From: Spirochaetia bacterium
Lineage (GTDB): Bacteria; Spirochaetota; Spirochaetia; SP-2023
Direction: 5' to 3'
NCBI GenBank assembly: GCA_965225855.1
Contig: CBDDCK010000005.1
Location: 160,001 to 224,000 of the forward strand
Length of the DNA stretch: 64,000 nucleotides
Positions 29,874-39,918 of this stretch are shown here, one piece after another (the first letter of the stretch is position 1; each line of letters begins with the position of its first letter). The position numbers and the translations under genes were made by a program. The notes under the pieces were generated by a model. That model was not told the DNA's origin. It searched no databases and saw only the letters and a program-made list of their open reading frames with translations.

Positions 29874-31316
29874 ATGATACACACCCAGCCTGCCCAACCT
29901 AATGGGCTCGAGTTACTCCGCCAACACTACAGCCAAAGAGTCAATGCTCCCCTAGATAACTGGCATGGGTTTTGGCTAAAGCGCTGCTTAGAGTTAGCTA
30001 TTGCTGGTTTAGGCTGTGTGGCACCCAACCCCCTTGTGGGGGCCATATTGGTGCGGCCACGCAAATTTAGCTTAGTCGATTACATACACAAGATGGAAAG
30101 CCTATGTATAGGCCAAGTTTCAGAGTTTGCCAATTGGCAGCAGTATTTTGAAATCTTAGGGCAAGGCTATCACGTTGCTAGTGGGCAACTACATGCCGAG
30201 GCTGCTGCTTTTGTCGATGCAAGCAACAATGGCTATAGGGCAAAGGATTTCCAGCAAGCCGTATTGTACTGCAATTTGGAACCATGTAGCTTCCACTCTG
30301 CAAATAAAAAGCAACCGCCCTGTTGTGAACAAATTATAGACCGACAAGTTGGGGCTGTTGTCTTTGCCAACCATGACCCTAACCCAAAAGTGGAAGGTGC
30401 TATTATTTTGCACCGTGCTGGGGTACTCGTACGCAGTGGAGACTTTGCTCGCCAGTCTGCCATTATAAACCAGATATTCTTCCACTCTATGGCCGATACT
30501 AAAGATTTAGCGAATGCTACCCAAAGCCCTAAAAGACCTTGGGTGAGCTTGAAGTTGGCCCAATCTTTAGACGGCTGCATTGCCACCAAAAGCGGCCATT
30601 CCCAATGGATTAGTGGCCCTGCTGCTCGTGCTATGGTACAAGCTTTAAGGGCCTCACACGGTGCGGTTTGTAGCGGTGTAACCATAGGCCGTAAAACTTT
30701 GGAAGCGGATAATCCTAGTTTACTGCTACGGCCAGAGTTTCTACAACAATTGGCAATCATCAAACATTTAGAAGGCAAAACTCGGCAATGCTTAGCAAGC
30801 CAACAACCTTGGCGCGTTGTTTGGGACAGTAACTTGCACAGCTACAAGTATAACGATACTTGCCCTTTGCAATTTTATCAAGGCCCACATGCGCAGCGCA
30901 GTATTATTATTTGCAACCAAACACCCGATACCACGCAAGTCAATCAATTTACTACTATCGTTTTAAATTCTCCACTACATAGCAGGGCAGGGTTGTATGA
31001 AGGCTTGGCTATTTTAGGGCAAACTCCCTACAATATCCAGCACCTATTACTGGAAGGTGGTTCTCAATTGGCTAGCTCTTTTTTAGCTGCCCATCTGGTA
31101 GATGAAGTATATTGTTTTGTATCGCAACGTTTTATAGGGAATGGCCTGCATAGCTTGGCTGAATTACAGCCTAGTCAAAAAATTGTAACCTTGCCCCAAA
31201 CTTTACAATTGCAGTACAGTAGCAGCATGCCTATTGTAGAACAGGATTACAAAAATTGGAATGGCCCCGATGAGATATTGTGCCATGGCTACTTGAACTA
31301 TATTTTTATACCATAG
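29874..31316 (+). CDS. ribD: Bifunctional riboflavin deaminase/reductase RibD
   Basis: PNPLVGA, HAE, LEPC...PPC, AQSLDG, SQWISG and EGGSQLA. Confidence 0.92.
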   Translation: MIHTQPAQPNGLELLRQHYSQRVNAPLDNWHGFWLKRCLELAIAGLGCVAPNPLVGAILVRPRKFSLVDYIHKMESLCIGQVSEFANWQQYFEILGQGYHVASGQLHAEAAAFVDASNNGYRAKDFQQAVLYCNLEPCSFHSANKKQPPCCEQIIDRQVGAVVFANHDPNPKVEGAIILHRAGVLVRSGDFARQSAIINQIFFHSMADTKDLANATQSPKRPWVSLKLAQSLDGCIATKSGHSQWISGPAARAMVQALRASHGAVCSGVTIGRKTLEADNPSLLLRPEFLQQLAIIKHLEGKTRQCLASQQPWRVVWDSNLHSYKYNDTCPLQFYQGPHAQRSIIICNQTPDTTQVNQFTTIVLNSPLHSRAGLYEGLAILGQTPYNIQHLLLEGGSQLASSFLAAHLVDEVYCFVSQRFIGNGLHSLAELQPSQKIVTLPQTLQLQYSSSMPIVEQDYKNWNGPDEILCHGYLNYIFIP

Positions 31317-31330
31317 TGAGAAATGGAAAT

Positions 31331-31951
31331 ATGTTTACTGGAATTGTCGAAGAACTAGGGCTTTTGAAAGCAATACGACATTATCAAGGTTACACACAGT
31401 TGCAAGTTCAAGCCTCAAAAGTACTACAAGATTTGCAATTAGGAGATTCGATTGCAATCAATGGTGTTTGCCAAACTGTGGAAAAATTTGATAGAGATTC
31501 TTTTACTGTTGCTGCCTTTAAGGAAACTTTAACCAAAACAAACTTAGGGCAACTCCAAACTGGCGCATTATTGCATTTGGAACGAGCCTTAACTCTTGCT
31601 ACCCGAATAGGGGGGCATATTGTTCAAGGCCATGTCGATGGTTTAGCTTATGTACATGAAGTGCGCAAGGAAGGTAATAATTATTATCTGCACGTGAAAT
31701 TACCGTCAAAACTAATGAACTTATGCATTTTACATGGCTCTATTTGTCTTGACGGGGTTAGCCTGACGATAGCCAAACTATATAAAGATGGACTAGAAGC
31801 AAATATTATCGCCCATACTTGGCAACACACCATATTCGGCCATTACCGTATAGGCACAGCTATTAATGTGGAATGTGATATGTTCGGTAAATATATTCTG
31901 CGCTTTGCTCAAAACGGCTTACTGAATGGAAATCATTTTGTAGAAACCTAA
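31331..31951 (+). CDS. ribE: Riboflavin synthase (alpha subunit)
   Basis: MFTGIVEE start, GDSIAINGVCQT and GGHIVQGHVDG. Confidence 0.95.
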   Translation: MFTGIVEELGLLKAIRHYQGYTQLQVQASKVLQDLQLGDSIAINGVCQTVEKFDRDSFTVAAFKETLTKTNLGQLQTGALLHLERALTLATRIGGHIVQGHVDGLAYVHEVRKEGNNYYLHVKLPSKLMNLCILHGSICLDGVSLTIAKLYKDGLEANIIAHTWQHTIFGHYRIGTAINVECDMFGKYILRFAQNGLLNGNHFVET

Positions 31952-32027
31952 AAAGAACAAGTAACCACAGCGCAAGATAAAACCGATCGACGTCTGCTTG
32001 ATCTATTACAAAAATGGTAGCTGGAAA

Positions 32028-32633
32028 TTAGGCATCAAGCAATTGCATTGTGGTTTCACAGGTTTTAGCACCGGATACAGTTGCAATGGTTTTACTGGCT
32101 TTTTTACCCAGATAGAATATTTTCAGCTTTGCATCTTTTAAGTCCCGTGGTAGCCATAAATCGATAAAGCCATTGCTGCCCGTATTATATTGTTTGTCCA
32201 ATAAAAGCTTGCCTCGCTGATTATAAAGGCGGACGGTAACGTCAGCATTTTGTAGTTCACCACGGCAACCGGTAACACTGTGCGTACTACAGCTATGGGT
32301 GCGCTGCAGGTACGGAGCCACCGCTAAGTAAAAAAATGATGCAGGCATAGGCATTACCTTCAGTACCGCTTGGGAAGTCCCATAAACAAACAATTCTCTA
32401 TCTGTGGCAGAAAGAGTATAACCTTTGGCATCAATATGCCCAAGCTTGATACCATCAATCAATTCTTTAGCATCATAAATTGCAAAAATATCTGCTGAAT
32501 CTTGGTTGATATTTGGCCTTATTTCCTGGGAAATTTGGTGCTGGGCAATTTTGTTTTTGCTGCAACCAGATACCATCATAATGGCAATGCTAAGTAGCAA
32601 TGTATATTTTATACGAGTATTGAGCCAATACAT
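32028..32633 (-). CDS. CueP-family metal-binding lipoprotein
   Basis: Lipobox MVSG-C; FYLAVAPY..THSC..HS.TGC.GEL, NGFIDLWLP and TCETT. Confidence 0.8.
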   Translation of the reverse strand: MYWLNTRIKYTLLLSIAIMMVSGCSKNKIAQHQISQEIRPNINQDSADIFAIYDAKELIDGIKLGHIDAKGYTLSATDRELFVYGTSQAVLKVMPMPASFFYLAVAPYLQRTHSCSTHSVTGCRGELQNADVTVRLYNQRGKLLLDKQYNTGSNGFIDLWLPRDLKDAKLKIFYLGKKASKTIATVSGAKTCETTMQLLDA

Positions 32634-32646
32634 AAATCCACTTTCC

Positions 32647-33375
32647 TTAAAAGGCTGCCGATAGGCCAAAGCGAAAGCTTTTACTTTCAATAAAATTTTT
32701 ACCTAGAATGCTTTCAGCTAAAGTTATATAGGATATGGCCACTGTTTCAGTAACTTGTCCTTTTGTACTAGCTGTTGCCTTAAAACCACATGGTTTGCCA
32801 CTGGCTTTTATGCAGTTTAACATAATTTCCGCAGCTTGCAAGGTAGCAGCTACATCGGTTTTACCGGTAGATGTACTTAAAAAGTCTACCCCAGCTTCTA
32901 TACCAATTTCTGCATAACGCTTAATTCCGGTTGAGCTAAGCTGCCCGCTTTCAATAATGAGTTTTAACACTTTGCCATGACTTTCATTGCGGCAGGCTTG
33001 GATAAAATCTGTTCGTTCTATGTATTCAGCTTGTTTTGTGGGGTGAGGAATAACCAGCTCTATCTCATCGGCACCTTGTTGTAAAATGTAGCGGATTTCG
33101 GCAATGACTTCCTCTAAAGGCAATTCTCCCTTGGGGAAATTGACTACAGAGGCAACATTGAGTATGGGCAGTTTTGCCTGAACAAATGCGTCTTTTAGTA
33201 GAGAAATATAGCGGGGATACACACAAACTGCAGCAGCTACATTACCCAAATTATCCAATGCTGAACCCGATAGGTTGCAAGCTTTTTTGGCTAGTTGCTG
33301 AATGCGCTCTTCGGTCTGATCTCCATGTAAACTGGTATAATCGATTAAACCCATAAATTCTTGCTTGTATTCCAT
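32647..33375 (-). CDS. deoC: Deoxyribose-phosphate aldolase homolog lacking the Schiff-base Lys
   Basis: AAVCVYP, VVNFP, LKLIIESG and GFK present, but DFIKTSTG reads DFLSTSTG. Confidence 0.75.
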   Translation of the reverse strand: MEYKQEFMGLIDYTSLHGDQTEERIQQLAKKACNLSGSALDNLGNVAAAVCVYPRYISLLKDAFVQAKLPILNVASVVNFPKGELPLEEVIAEIRYILQQGADEIELVIPHPTKQAEYIERTDFIQACRNESHGKVLKLIIESGQLSSTGIKRYAEIGIEAGVDFLSTSTGKTDVAATLQAAEIMLNCIKASGKPCGFKATASTKGQVTETVAISYITLAESILGKNFIESKSFRFGLSAAF

Positions 33376-33418
33376 GGTCTTCCTACCTTAATACAAATTT
33401 ACTAGCTATTATTTTATA

Positions 33419-33650
33419 CAATGGTTGCAATGGTTGCAATGGTTGCAATTCTAGCACAAATGTCTTGCTTAGACAATACCTAAAAATTTAGCATTCACAA
33501 AAAAAGGCCAACCAGTAGATACCCAGTAGGTACAATGTAAACAAGCTGGCCGAAAGTAGCAGGCCAGAGCTACTAGAAAAGCAAGATCAATCAAGCAAGA
33601 TCAATCAAGATGGTGTCTTGCTGGGCTTACTGGGCTTACTGGGCTTGCTT
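33419..33650. repeat. Cluster of short tandem duplications
   Basis: (caatggttg)3, (aagcaagatcaatc)2 and ~(ctgggctta)3 in one intergenic region. Confidence 0.75.
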
Positions 33651-33690
33651 GGTTTATTATGCGATTGTATTGACCACTATTTATTGAAAA

Positions 33691-34413
33691 CTATCCAACG
33701 GTAAATATAGCATCAGAACTAATGATTTTTAACTTTTTGGAAACGATAGAACCGCTATAATAGGTACGCACTTCCAATTTGTATTTGCCGGCACTTAAAG
33801 ACGGAATAATATAAATTAGCTCGGAAGGCTTGTTGGCGATCTGGTTGCTTAGCTTTGTTTCAGAATCATCTTTAATATTTACCAAAAATAGGCCTTCTTT
33901 GTTATCGGTAGATACAGAAGCTTGTATTTTGATGCGATTACCAAAAACTTTTAGCCCACCGCTAGGCGTAAGAACCCTATCGTTGGTTTGGCTGGCCACA
34001 TCTTCTACCGTGGTAATCCGGGCTTCTTTACCGGTGCTATAGACTCGTTCTAATTCTACTTCTTCCAGCGATTCTTTAAACGATTTGTTGGCGTTGATAT
34101 TGATAGCTAAGCTATGGTTGTCTTTATCAAAATAGCTGTTCGCTGTGGGGAAATTGCCTCTGATGTCAATATGTAGGGTCAATGTACCGGTATTGACGCC
34201 TTGGCCATTTCTTACCATTTGCTTTAATACTTCGTCCAAGCAAGTAAGCACCGCTTCAATATCGGATTTGGTGATAGACGAACCTCGATTGAGCATTAAC
34301 TCAATCAATTCTTCCTTGCTATGGACCTTTTGGTTGCAGACTATTGCATGGTAGCCGCTAGGATTATCCCCTAAATGATTTTTGATTAAATTATATTGCA
34401 ATGCCATATCCAT
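33691..34413 (-). CDS. HU-like DNA-binding domain protein with C-terminal Ig-like (DUF4469-type) domain
   Basis: SSITKSDIEAVL...G.GVNTG HU-like N-terminus; LTPSGGLKVFGNRIK, NKPSELI and GKYKLEVRTYY. Confidence 0.7.
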   Translation of the reverse strand: MDMALQYNLIKNHLGDNPSGYHAIVCNQKVHSKEELIELMLNRGSSITKSDIEAVLTCLDEVLKQMVRNGQGVNTGTLTLHIDIRGNFPTANSYFDKDNHSLAININANKSFKESLEEVELERVYSTGKEARITTVEDVASQTNDRVLTPSGGLKVFGNRIKIQASVSTDNKEGLFLVNIKDDSETKLSNQIANKPSELIYIIPSLSAGKYKLEVRTYYSGSIVSKKLKIISSDAIFTVG

Positions 34414-34527
34414 TCTCCATTGTTTTTATTGCATAAGATCAAAATATAAGATTCAGATATTGGGGCTATTTAAACATGATCCAAAGTTTTTGTCAATCCC
34501 CAGCACAATCGGCAATAAAATTACTTC

Positions 34528-34646
34528 TTAATGCCTATTCAGAGACTCTTGTTAGGTATTAAGAGATTCTCTTAATAAGTATTAAGAGACTCTCTGAATA
34601 GGTATTAAGAGAATCTCTTAATAGGCATTAAGAGACTCTCTTGATA
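34528..34646. repeat. Tandem 23-bp palindromic repeats
   Basis: attaagag..tctct.aata units starting at 34557, 34580, 34603 and 34626, plus a degenerate copy at ~34536. Confidence 0.85.
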
Positions 34647-34801
34647 TTTAGGGCTCGGTGCGGCATTCTGTTGAAATATGGCCAGCTGGAAATATAATTT
34701 GATCGTTTATACCAAGCAATACCATAACGGCTGCTTTTTTGTTATATTTTTTGTTATAATAGCAGCAAACCCAAAGATAAAAGATAAAGGATAAAGGCAA
34801 T

Positions 34802-35023
34802 ATGCAACAATACACGGCAATCATCAAACAGCAGCAAGGCTGGTGGCTGGGTTGGATAGAAGAAATGCCCGGCATTAACTGCCAAGAACCAAGCCTAGCA
34901 GAATTACGCCAAAGCCTAAAACAATGTTTGGCCGAACTGATACAATTGCACCGAGCCGATGCGTTGGCGTTGGCGTTGGCGTTGGCTGGCAATGATTATT
35001 TTGAAGAAACCATTGTATTATAA
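34802..35023 (+). CDS. hicB: HicB-family antitoxin (short form)
   Basis: YTAIIKQ..GWW.GWIEE.PG.NCQ....EL..SL pattern. Confidence 0.85.
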   Translation: MQQYTAIIKQQQGWWLGWIEEMPGINCQEPSLAELRQSLKQCLAELIQLHRADALALALALAGNDYFEETIVL

Positions 35024-35038
35024 ATATTGTTGTTTGGT

Positions 35039-35227
35039 ATGAAGCGTAAGCAGTTGATACGCTATTTAGCAGCAGAAGGTTGTATTTTGGTAAGAGAGGG
35101 CTCAAAGCATTCTTGGTGGCAGAACCCCAATACAGGAGCATATTCTGCAATACCTAGGCATAGTGAAATAGTAGACATTCTAGCGTATAAGATTTGTAAA
35201 GATTTAGGTATCCCGAAAATACCATAA
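35039..35227 (+). CDS. hicA: HicA-family mRNA interferase toxin
   Basis: MKRKQLIRYL..GC..VREGSKHSWW, IPRHSEI and ICKDLGI. Confidence 0.9.
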   Translation: MKRKQLIRYLAAEGCILVREGSKHSWWQNPNTGAYSAIPRHSEIVDILAYKICKDLGIPKIP

Positions 35228-35259
35228 CAAAACGTTTGCTACTCTATTTTGGCAATTGC

Positions 35260-35287
35260 TTGACAAACCAAGCCATTGCGCTATAGT
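35260..35287 (+). promoter_or_regulatory. Putative sigma70 promoter
   Basis: TTGACA-16 bp-TATAGT upstream of the TPR gene. Confidence 0.55.
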
Positions 35288-35330
35288 TTGGCTTGCGACA
35301 AAGCCTAAAATTATGTTTTGCGAGGTTATT

Positions 35331-35792
35331 ATGGCAAACAGAGCTGCTGATGCTTATTACAATAGAGGGGTGGCTTATGCGAAGAAAGGCGATTATGAGT
35401 GCGCCATACAAGAGTACAACCGTGCCATACAGCTAAACCCCAATGATATAGAGGCTTTTACCAATAGAGGCAATGCTTATACTAACCAAGGCCAGGTTGA
35501 GCAGGCGATACAAGATTACAGCCAAGCCATAGAGCTAAACCCCAATGATGCTGTTGCTTTTGACAATAGAGGACTGGCTTATTATAACAACCGCCAAGTT
35601 GAGCCGGCGATACAAGACTTGAAAAAGGCCATAGAGCTAAACCCCAATTTTGCCGATACTTTTACCAATAGAGGGATAGCTTATGCTAACCAAGGCAATT
35701 ATAAGCGGGCCTGTAGTGATGCTGTGCAGGCCAAGAGTTTGGGTGATAGTACGCTGTATGATTATCTTATAGAGCAAGGGCTTTGCCAGTAG
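35331..35792 (+). CDS. Tetratricopeptide-repeat protein
   Basis: About four 34-aa repeats NRG.AY...AIQDY..AIELNP; RBS gaggt. Confidence 0.9.
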   Translation: MANRAADAYYNRGVAYAKKGDYECAIQEYNRAIQLNPNDIEAFTNRGNAYTNQGQVEQAIQDYSQAIELNPNDAVAFDNRGLAYYNNRQVEPAIQDLKKAIELNPNFADTFTNRGIAYANQGNYKRACSDAVQAKSLGDSTLYDYLIEQGLCQ

Positions 35793-35830
35793 GTTTTTGT
35801 TGCAATGGGCAAACTGTTTAAGGCATAGAT

Positions 35831-36478
35831 ATGCCAAGCCATGCTCGCTTTTATGAAAAGTATATTCTTCCAATTATTATGAAGGCCAGCATGGATTCTG
35901 CTTTATTCATGCAACAGCGAAAAATGGTTGTTCCCTATGCTCAAGGCAATGTGCTGGAAATCGGTATAGGCTCTGGCTCAAACCTAAAATACTACGATAA
36001 CCATAAAGTTAGCAAAGTTTGGGGGCTAGACCCATCGCCCCAAGCCCTAAACTATGCCCACCAAGAAGCGCAAAAGCTATCCTTCCCTACAGAGCTGGTG
36101 AAAGCAACAGCCGAGAATATGCCACTAGAAAATCAAAGTATGGATACCGTGTTATCTACTTTTACACTCTGCACCGTGCCACAGCCCGCAACCGTTTTAG
36201 CCAACATCCGAAGAGTGTTAAAGGCAGATGGCAAATTTATCTTTTGTGAACACGGTTTAGCCCCAGATAGCAAAGTGCAATATTGGCAAAACGCCTTAAA
36301 CACAATCAACTATAAATTTTTAGGAGGTTGTAACCTCAACCGCCCTATAGCTCAATTGATAGAACAAAATGGCTTTACTTTTGATAATCTGCGTACAGAA
36401 TATTTTTCACGCCCCAAATTTCTAACTTTTACTTATTGGGGGCAGTGTTCCAAAATAAATGCCAAAGAAACAAATTAG
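35831..36478 (+). CDS. Class I SAM-dependent methyltransferase
   Basis: VLEIGIGSG, FTLCTVP, EHG and GGCNLNR. Confidence 0.9.
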   Translation: MPSHARFYEKYILPIIMKASMDSALFMQQRKMVVPYAQGNVLEIGIGSGSNLKYYDNHKVSKVWGLDPSPQALNYAHQEAQKLSFPTELVKATAENMPLENQSMDTVLSTFTLCTVPQPATVLANIRRVLKADGKFIFCEHGLAPDSKVQYWQNALNTINYKFLGGCNLNRPIAQLIEQNGFTFDNLRTEYFSRPKFLTFTYWGQCSKINAKETN

Positions 36479-37281
36479 CTGCGCAAACTCTTGCTGTGCT
36501 CAATCAACCAATAGGCAATCACGCTAAAAAGCACAGTAAAAAACAGCAACAAACCAATACATAAATGGATAGAAATATCGGCCGAACCTAGCATCCCGTA
36601 GCGAAAAGCGTTGATCATATAAAGGATTGGGTTGGCAAAGGACATAGTCCTAAACACAGTTGGCAACATATCAATAGAATAAAAAACCCCACCCAAATAC
36701 GTCAAAGGAGTTAAAACAAAGGTGGGAACAATGGAAATATCGTCAAAATTCTTTGCCTGTATCGCATTGATAAAACCAGCTAGAGAAAACACAATTGCTG
36801 TCAACACAATAACCAGTAACATCAACAATGGATACACCGGCTGCATGGCAGCAAAAAATAGCGATAATAGTGCGACTATAATCCCAACCAAGCCCCCTCT
36901 TACGATACCACCGCCAACATAGCCCGCAATAATCAACCAGTTGGGGATAGGTGCCACCAGTAAAATCTCAACATGGTGCATAAACTTACTGCTAAAAAAT
37001 GAACTGGATACATTGCTGTATGAGTTATTGATTACAGCCATCATAATGAGGCCCGGCACAATAAATACCATATAGGGCACACCATTAATCTGGCCAATAC
37101 GTGGCCCAATTAAATTGCCAAAGATTAAAAAATATAACGTTGTGGTTACCGCTGAAGGGATTAAAGTTTGTATCCAAATCCGTAAAATTCTATTGGTCTC
37201 TTTAGAGATGATGCCAATAAAAGCAGACCAGTAGATGGCTACCATAGATGGCTTAGCAATATTATCTAAAGGTTGTGGCAT
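36475..37281 (-). CDS. ABC-2 transporter permease (YadH-like)
   Basis: RIWIQTL, FIVPGLIMM, PLTYLGGVFYS and NPILYM. Confidence 0.9.
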   Translation of the reverse strand: MPQPLDNIAKPSMVAIYWSAFIGIISKETNRILRIWIQTLIPSAVTTTLYFLIFGNLIGPRIGQINGVPYMVFIVPGLIMMAVINNSYSNVSSSFFSSKFMHHVEILLVAPIPNWLIIAGYVGGGIVRGGLVGIIVALLSLFFAAMQPVYPLLMLLVIVLTAIVFSLAGFINAIQAKNFDDISIVPTFVLTPLTYLGGVFYSIDMLPTVFRTMSFANPILYMINAFRYGMLGSADISIHLCIGLLLFFTVLFSVIAYWLIEHSKSLRS

Positions 37282-37323
37282 AAAAAAACCTTTATACGTG
37301 TTGTATCGGCATTATTCTATTGT

Positions 37324-38250
37324 TTATTGACTGGGCTTTTGCGTCAGTTTGACAAACAATGTCTCCAATTGGTTTGCTTCAGGCTGAACACTATGCAACA
37401 CCAAACCTATTGAATTTAAATGCAACAGTACTTGATTGAGTTTAGTACCTTTTGGAATTTCCAAATGCAAAGTATGTTCGTTGTAGAATTCAAACGGAAA
37501 GCCATTTTGCGCTTGCTTTAATTGCTCGGTAGTTATAGCATCTTGGGTTTCAAAGAGAAATGCATTTTGCTCGAGTTGACCGAGCAGTTCACGCATGCTG
37601 GTATTGGTAATCACTCTTCCGTGGTTAATAATGGCAATATTGCGGCATAAATTTTGAGCTTCCTCAAGGTAATGGGTCGTCAGTATAATAGTTGTGCCAC
37701 TTTTGTTTAATTCTTTGAGCCAGTTCCACATATTCCGGCGAATTTCAATATCCACACCAGCTGTAGGTTCGTCCAAAAACAATAGTTTTGGTTCATGAAT
37801 TAAAGCCCGCGCAATCATAACGCGGCGTTTTTGGCCACCACTAAGGCTTTTGATGGGCACTTTGGCTTTTTCTTCTAAACCGAGCAATGCAATATATTTT
37901 TCCGCCTGCTGCTTGCTTTCTCTCAAGCTCAAACCATAGTAAGGGCCTTGAGTTTTCAACGTTTGTTCGACTGTTTCAAACAAACTAAAATTAAATTCCT
38001 GTGGTACAACGCCCAAAAGCGTTTTAGCCAGTAAAGGCTCTTTATCTAAATCTACGCCAAATATCTGAACGGTACCGCTCGTCTTTCGCACTAATGTAGA
38101 AATAATACCAATAGTAGTAGATTTACCAGCTCCGTTAGGCCCCAATAATGCAAAAAAGTCCCAAGCTTTAACCTTTAAATTGATACCATGCAGAGCGGTT
38201 TCGCCATTTTCATAAGTTTTTCGCAAATCTTTTAATAAAAGAGCAGACAT
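37324..38250 (-). CDS. ABC transporter ATP-binding protein (YadG-like)
   Basis: GPNGAGKST, LSGGQ, LDEPTAGVD and TTHYLEEA. Confidence 0.93.
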   Translation of the reverse strand: MSALLLKDLRKTYENGETALHGINLKVKAWDFFALLGPNGAGKSTTIGIISTLVRKTSGTVQIFGVDLDKEPLLAKTLLGVVPQEFNFSLFETVEQTLKTQGPYYGLSLRESKQQAEKYIALLGLEEKAKVPIKSLSGGQKRRVMIARALIHEPKLLFLDEPTAGVDIEIRRNMWNWLKELNKSGTTIILTTHYLEEAQNLCRNIAIINHGRVITNTSMRELLGQLEQNAFLFETQDAITTEQLKQAQNGFPFEFYNEHTLHLEIPKGTKLNQVLLHLNSIGLVLHSVQPEANQLETLFVKLTQKPSQ

Positions 38251-38438
38251 AAACAGTAAACCTTAACTAGAGCTGTTTTCTGTACGTTTCTTAGCTGGTA
38301 TGTTTGACTTTACAGCTGGGACGCAAATTTTATAAAAATCTAATAAAAATTGTACCATTTACTTTTACTTTTTCATTTTGGAAAAGTAAAAGTAAAACCC
38401 AATGACTTCCATTTTTGACTTTCAATGAAAGATAGCGC

Positions 38439-39701
38439 TTATTTTGCTGACTCTACACGGGTTTCCAAAAAGCGGGCTAATTGATGGAAGTCTGACCCCA
38501 GCTCTATAAAACGTACATCGGCCCTCAAGTTTTCACCGGCAATAATATCATGAAATGGCACAAAAGTAATATCGAACTGGCCATTGGTACTAACCATGTG
38601 GGCATCGAGGCCTTCTACAACAGCGCGGTAACCACCCACGCCCAGCTGGCTGCCCAGCATAACATCAAATGCATGTGGTGCTGCACAACGGGATTCATAG
38701 CCCAACTGGACTGCAGTAACTTTCTTTTTCTGGCCAAACTGCTTTTGATAGAGGCTGGCAACTTCAGTAGCCAACATCTTGCCCAGAGCAATATTAGCTA
38801 AAGAAATATGGCCATGTTCATCGTGGCCTAAATTAGGAATTTTGTCTAGTGATAATTTTTCTGCCAGACCTTCGGCTAGCACAACTGTACCGTAGTTTTT
38901 ATTGTATTGCCTTTCTCTGGTTATCATTAAAGCCAGCACACGGTTTGCCAATTTATCTATGGATAAATAGCCTTCGCTATCCAAAATGCTGGCTATATCT
39001 TCTACACCGACCACCATATTGGCTTCGCCAGCAATGGCTGTACCATAAGCCAGCCAGCCAGCCTTTCGGCCCATAGTTTCAATAATGTAATAGGCTGAAG
39101 TGGCCTGTGCATCGGCACGGAGGTTTAGGGCCTCTTTGGCCATAATATCCACGGCGGTGAAAAAGCCAAAAGTAAAATCAATGCCTGGGTAGTCATTATC
39201 AATTGTTTTCGGCAAGTGGATTACATTGACGTGCAAATGCCCAGGCTCCAATTGCTTTTGATATTCGGCAATTAAATTTGCTGTGCGCAAAGTATCGTCT
39301 CCACCGATAGAAATTAAAGCATCAATTTTGAGATCGATTAGGGCTGTATAGATATTGCGCAGCTTTTCTGTTTTTTGCACATCTTGTAAGTCTGCCAAAT
39401 TTTTGATCTCTTTGCCGGGGTTGGTGCGCGCTGTTCCGATAATAATGCCTTGGCGATTGCGATAGCCTTCCAAATCTTTTTCGTCAAAAATATGATAGTG
39501 CTTTTCGGGCAACAGACGTTTGGCAACGGGGTGGTATTCCTGCAAGTTTGAGTAACCATGATAAAAACCCAAACATTCGTGGCCATGCCCCAATAAAGAA
39601 GCCACACAAGCCCCTATGACACTATTAGCTGCTGGGGCTGGGCCTCCGCTAAAAATCATACCAACGCGATATTTTTTATTTGCTGATGTTGCTGTTTCCA
39701 T
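38439..39701 (-). CDS. pfk: 6-phosphofructokinase, probably PPi-dependent
   Basis: SGGPAP, GGDDT, PKTIDND, MGR and LGYESR; GGDD plus PKTIDND is the PPi-type signature. Confidence 0.88.
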   Translation of the reverse strand: METATSANKKYRVGMIFSGGPAPAANSVIGACVASLLGHGHECLGFYHGYSNLQEYHPVAKRLLPEKHYHIFDEKDLEGYRNRQGIIIGTARTNPGKEIKNLADLQDVQKTEKLRNIYTALIDLKIDALISIGGDDTLRTANLIAEYQKQLEPGHLHVNVIHLPKTIDNDYPGIDFTFGFFTAVDIMAKEALNLRADAQATSAYYIIETMGRKAGWLAYGTAIAGEANMVVGVEDIASILDSEGYLSIDKLANRVLALMITRERQYNKNYGTVVLAEGLAEKLSLDKIPNLGHDEHGHISLANIALGKMLATEVASLYQKQFGQKKKVTAVQLGYESRCAAPHAFDVMLGSQLGVGGYRAVVEGLDAHMVSTNGQFDITFVPFHDIIAGENLRADVRFIELGSDFHQLARFLETRVESAK

Positions 39702-39870
39702 AAAGTTCCTCGATTCTCTAAGCTGCAAAGTTACAGCCATTATTTATTTTGTACTGGCTACCGTATACGGAAAAATATTCAATACAATTAATTGAAAGGT
39801 ATAGGATACTTTAAATTGCATTTTTATCAATCGTATTTCCATTGTATTGTCAAAATCCATTGGTGTTGCA

Positions 39871-39917
39871 GCAAAAGTGGTAAGTCCTATTCAAAAACAG
39901 GGGCTTACCACTTTTGC
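39871..39917 (-). terminator. Hairpin, putative terminator
   Basis: gcaaaagtggtaagtcct...aggggcttaccacttttgc immediately after the stop at 39919. Confidence 0.55.
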
Positions 39918-39918
39918 A

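Noticed and set aside
34528..34646. Mini-CRISPR
   Set aside because: The 23-bp period leaves no room for spacers.
34648..35150. Minus-strand ORFs with ANANAN or PTPTP runs
   Set aside because: They are antisense readings of the hicB hexamer repeat.
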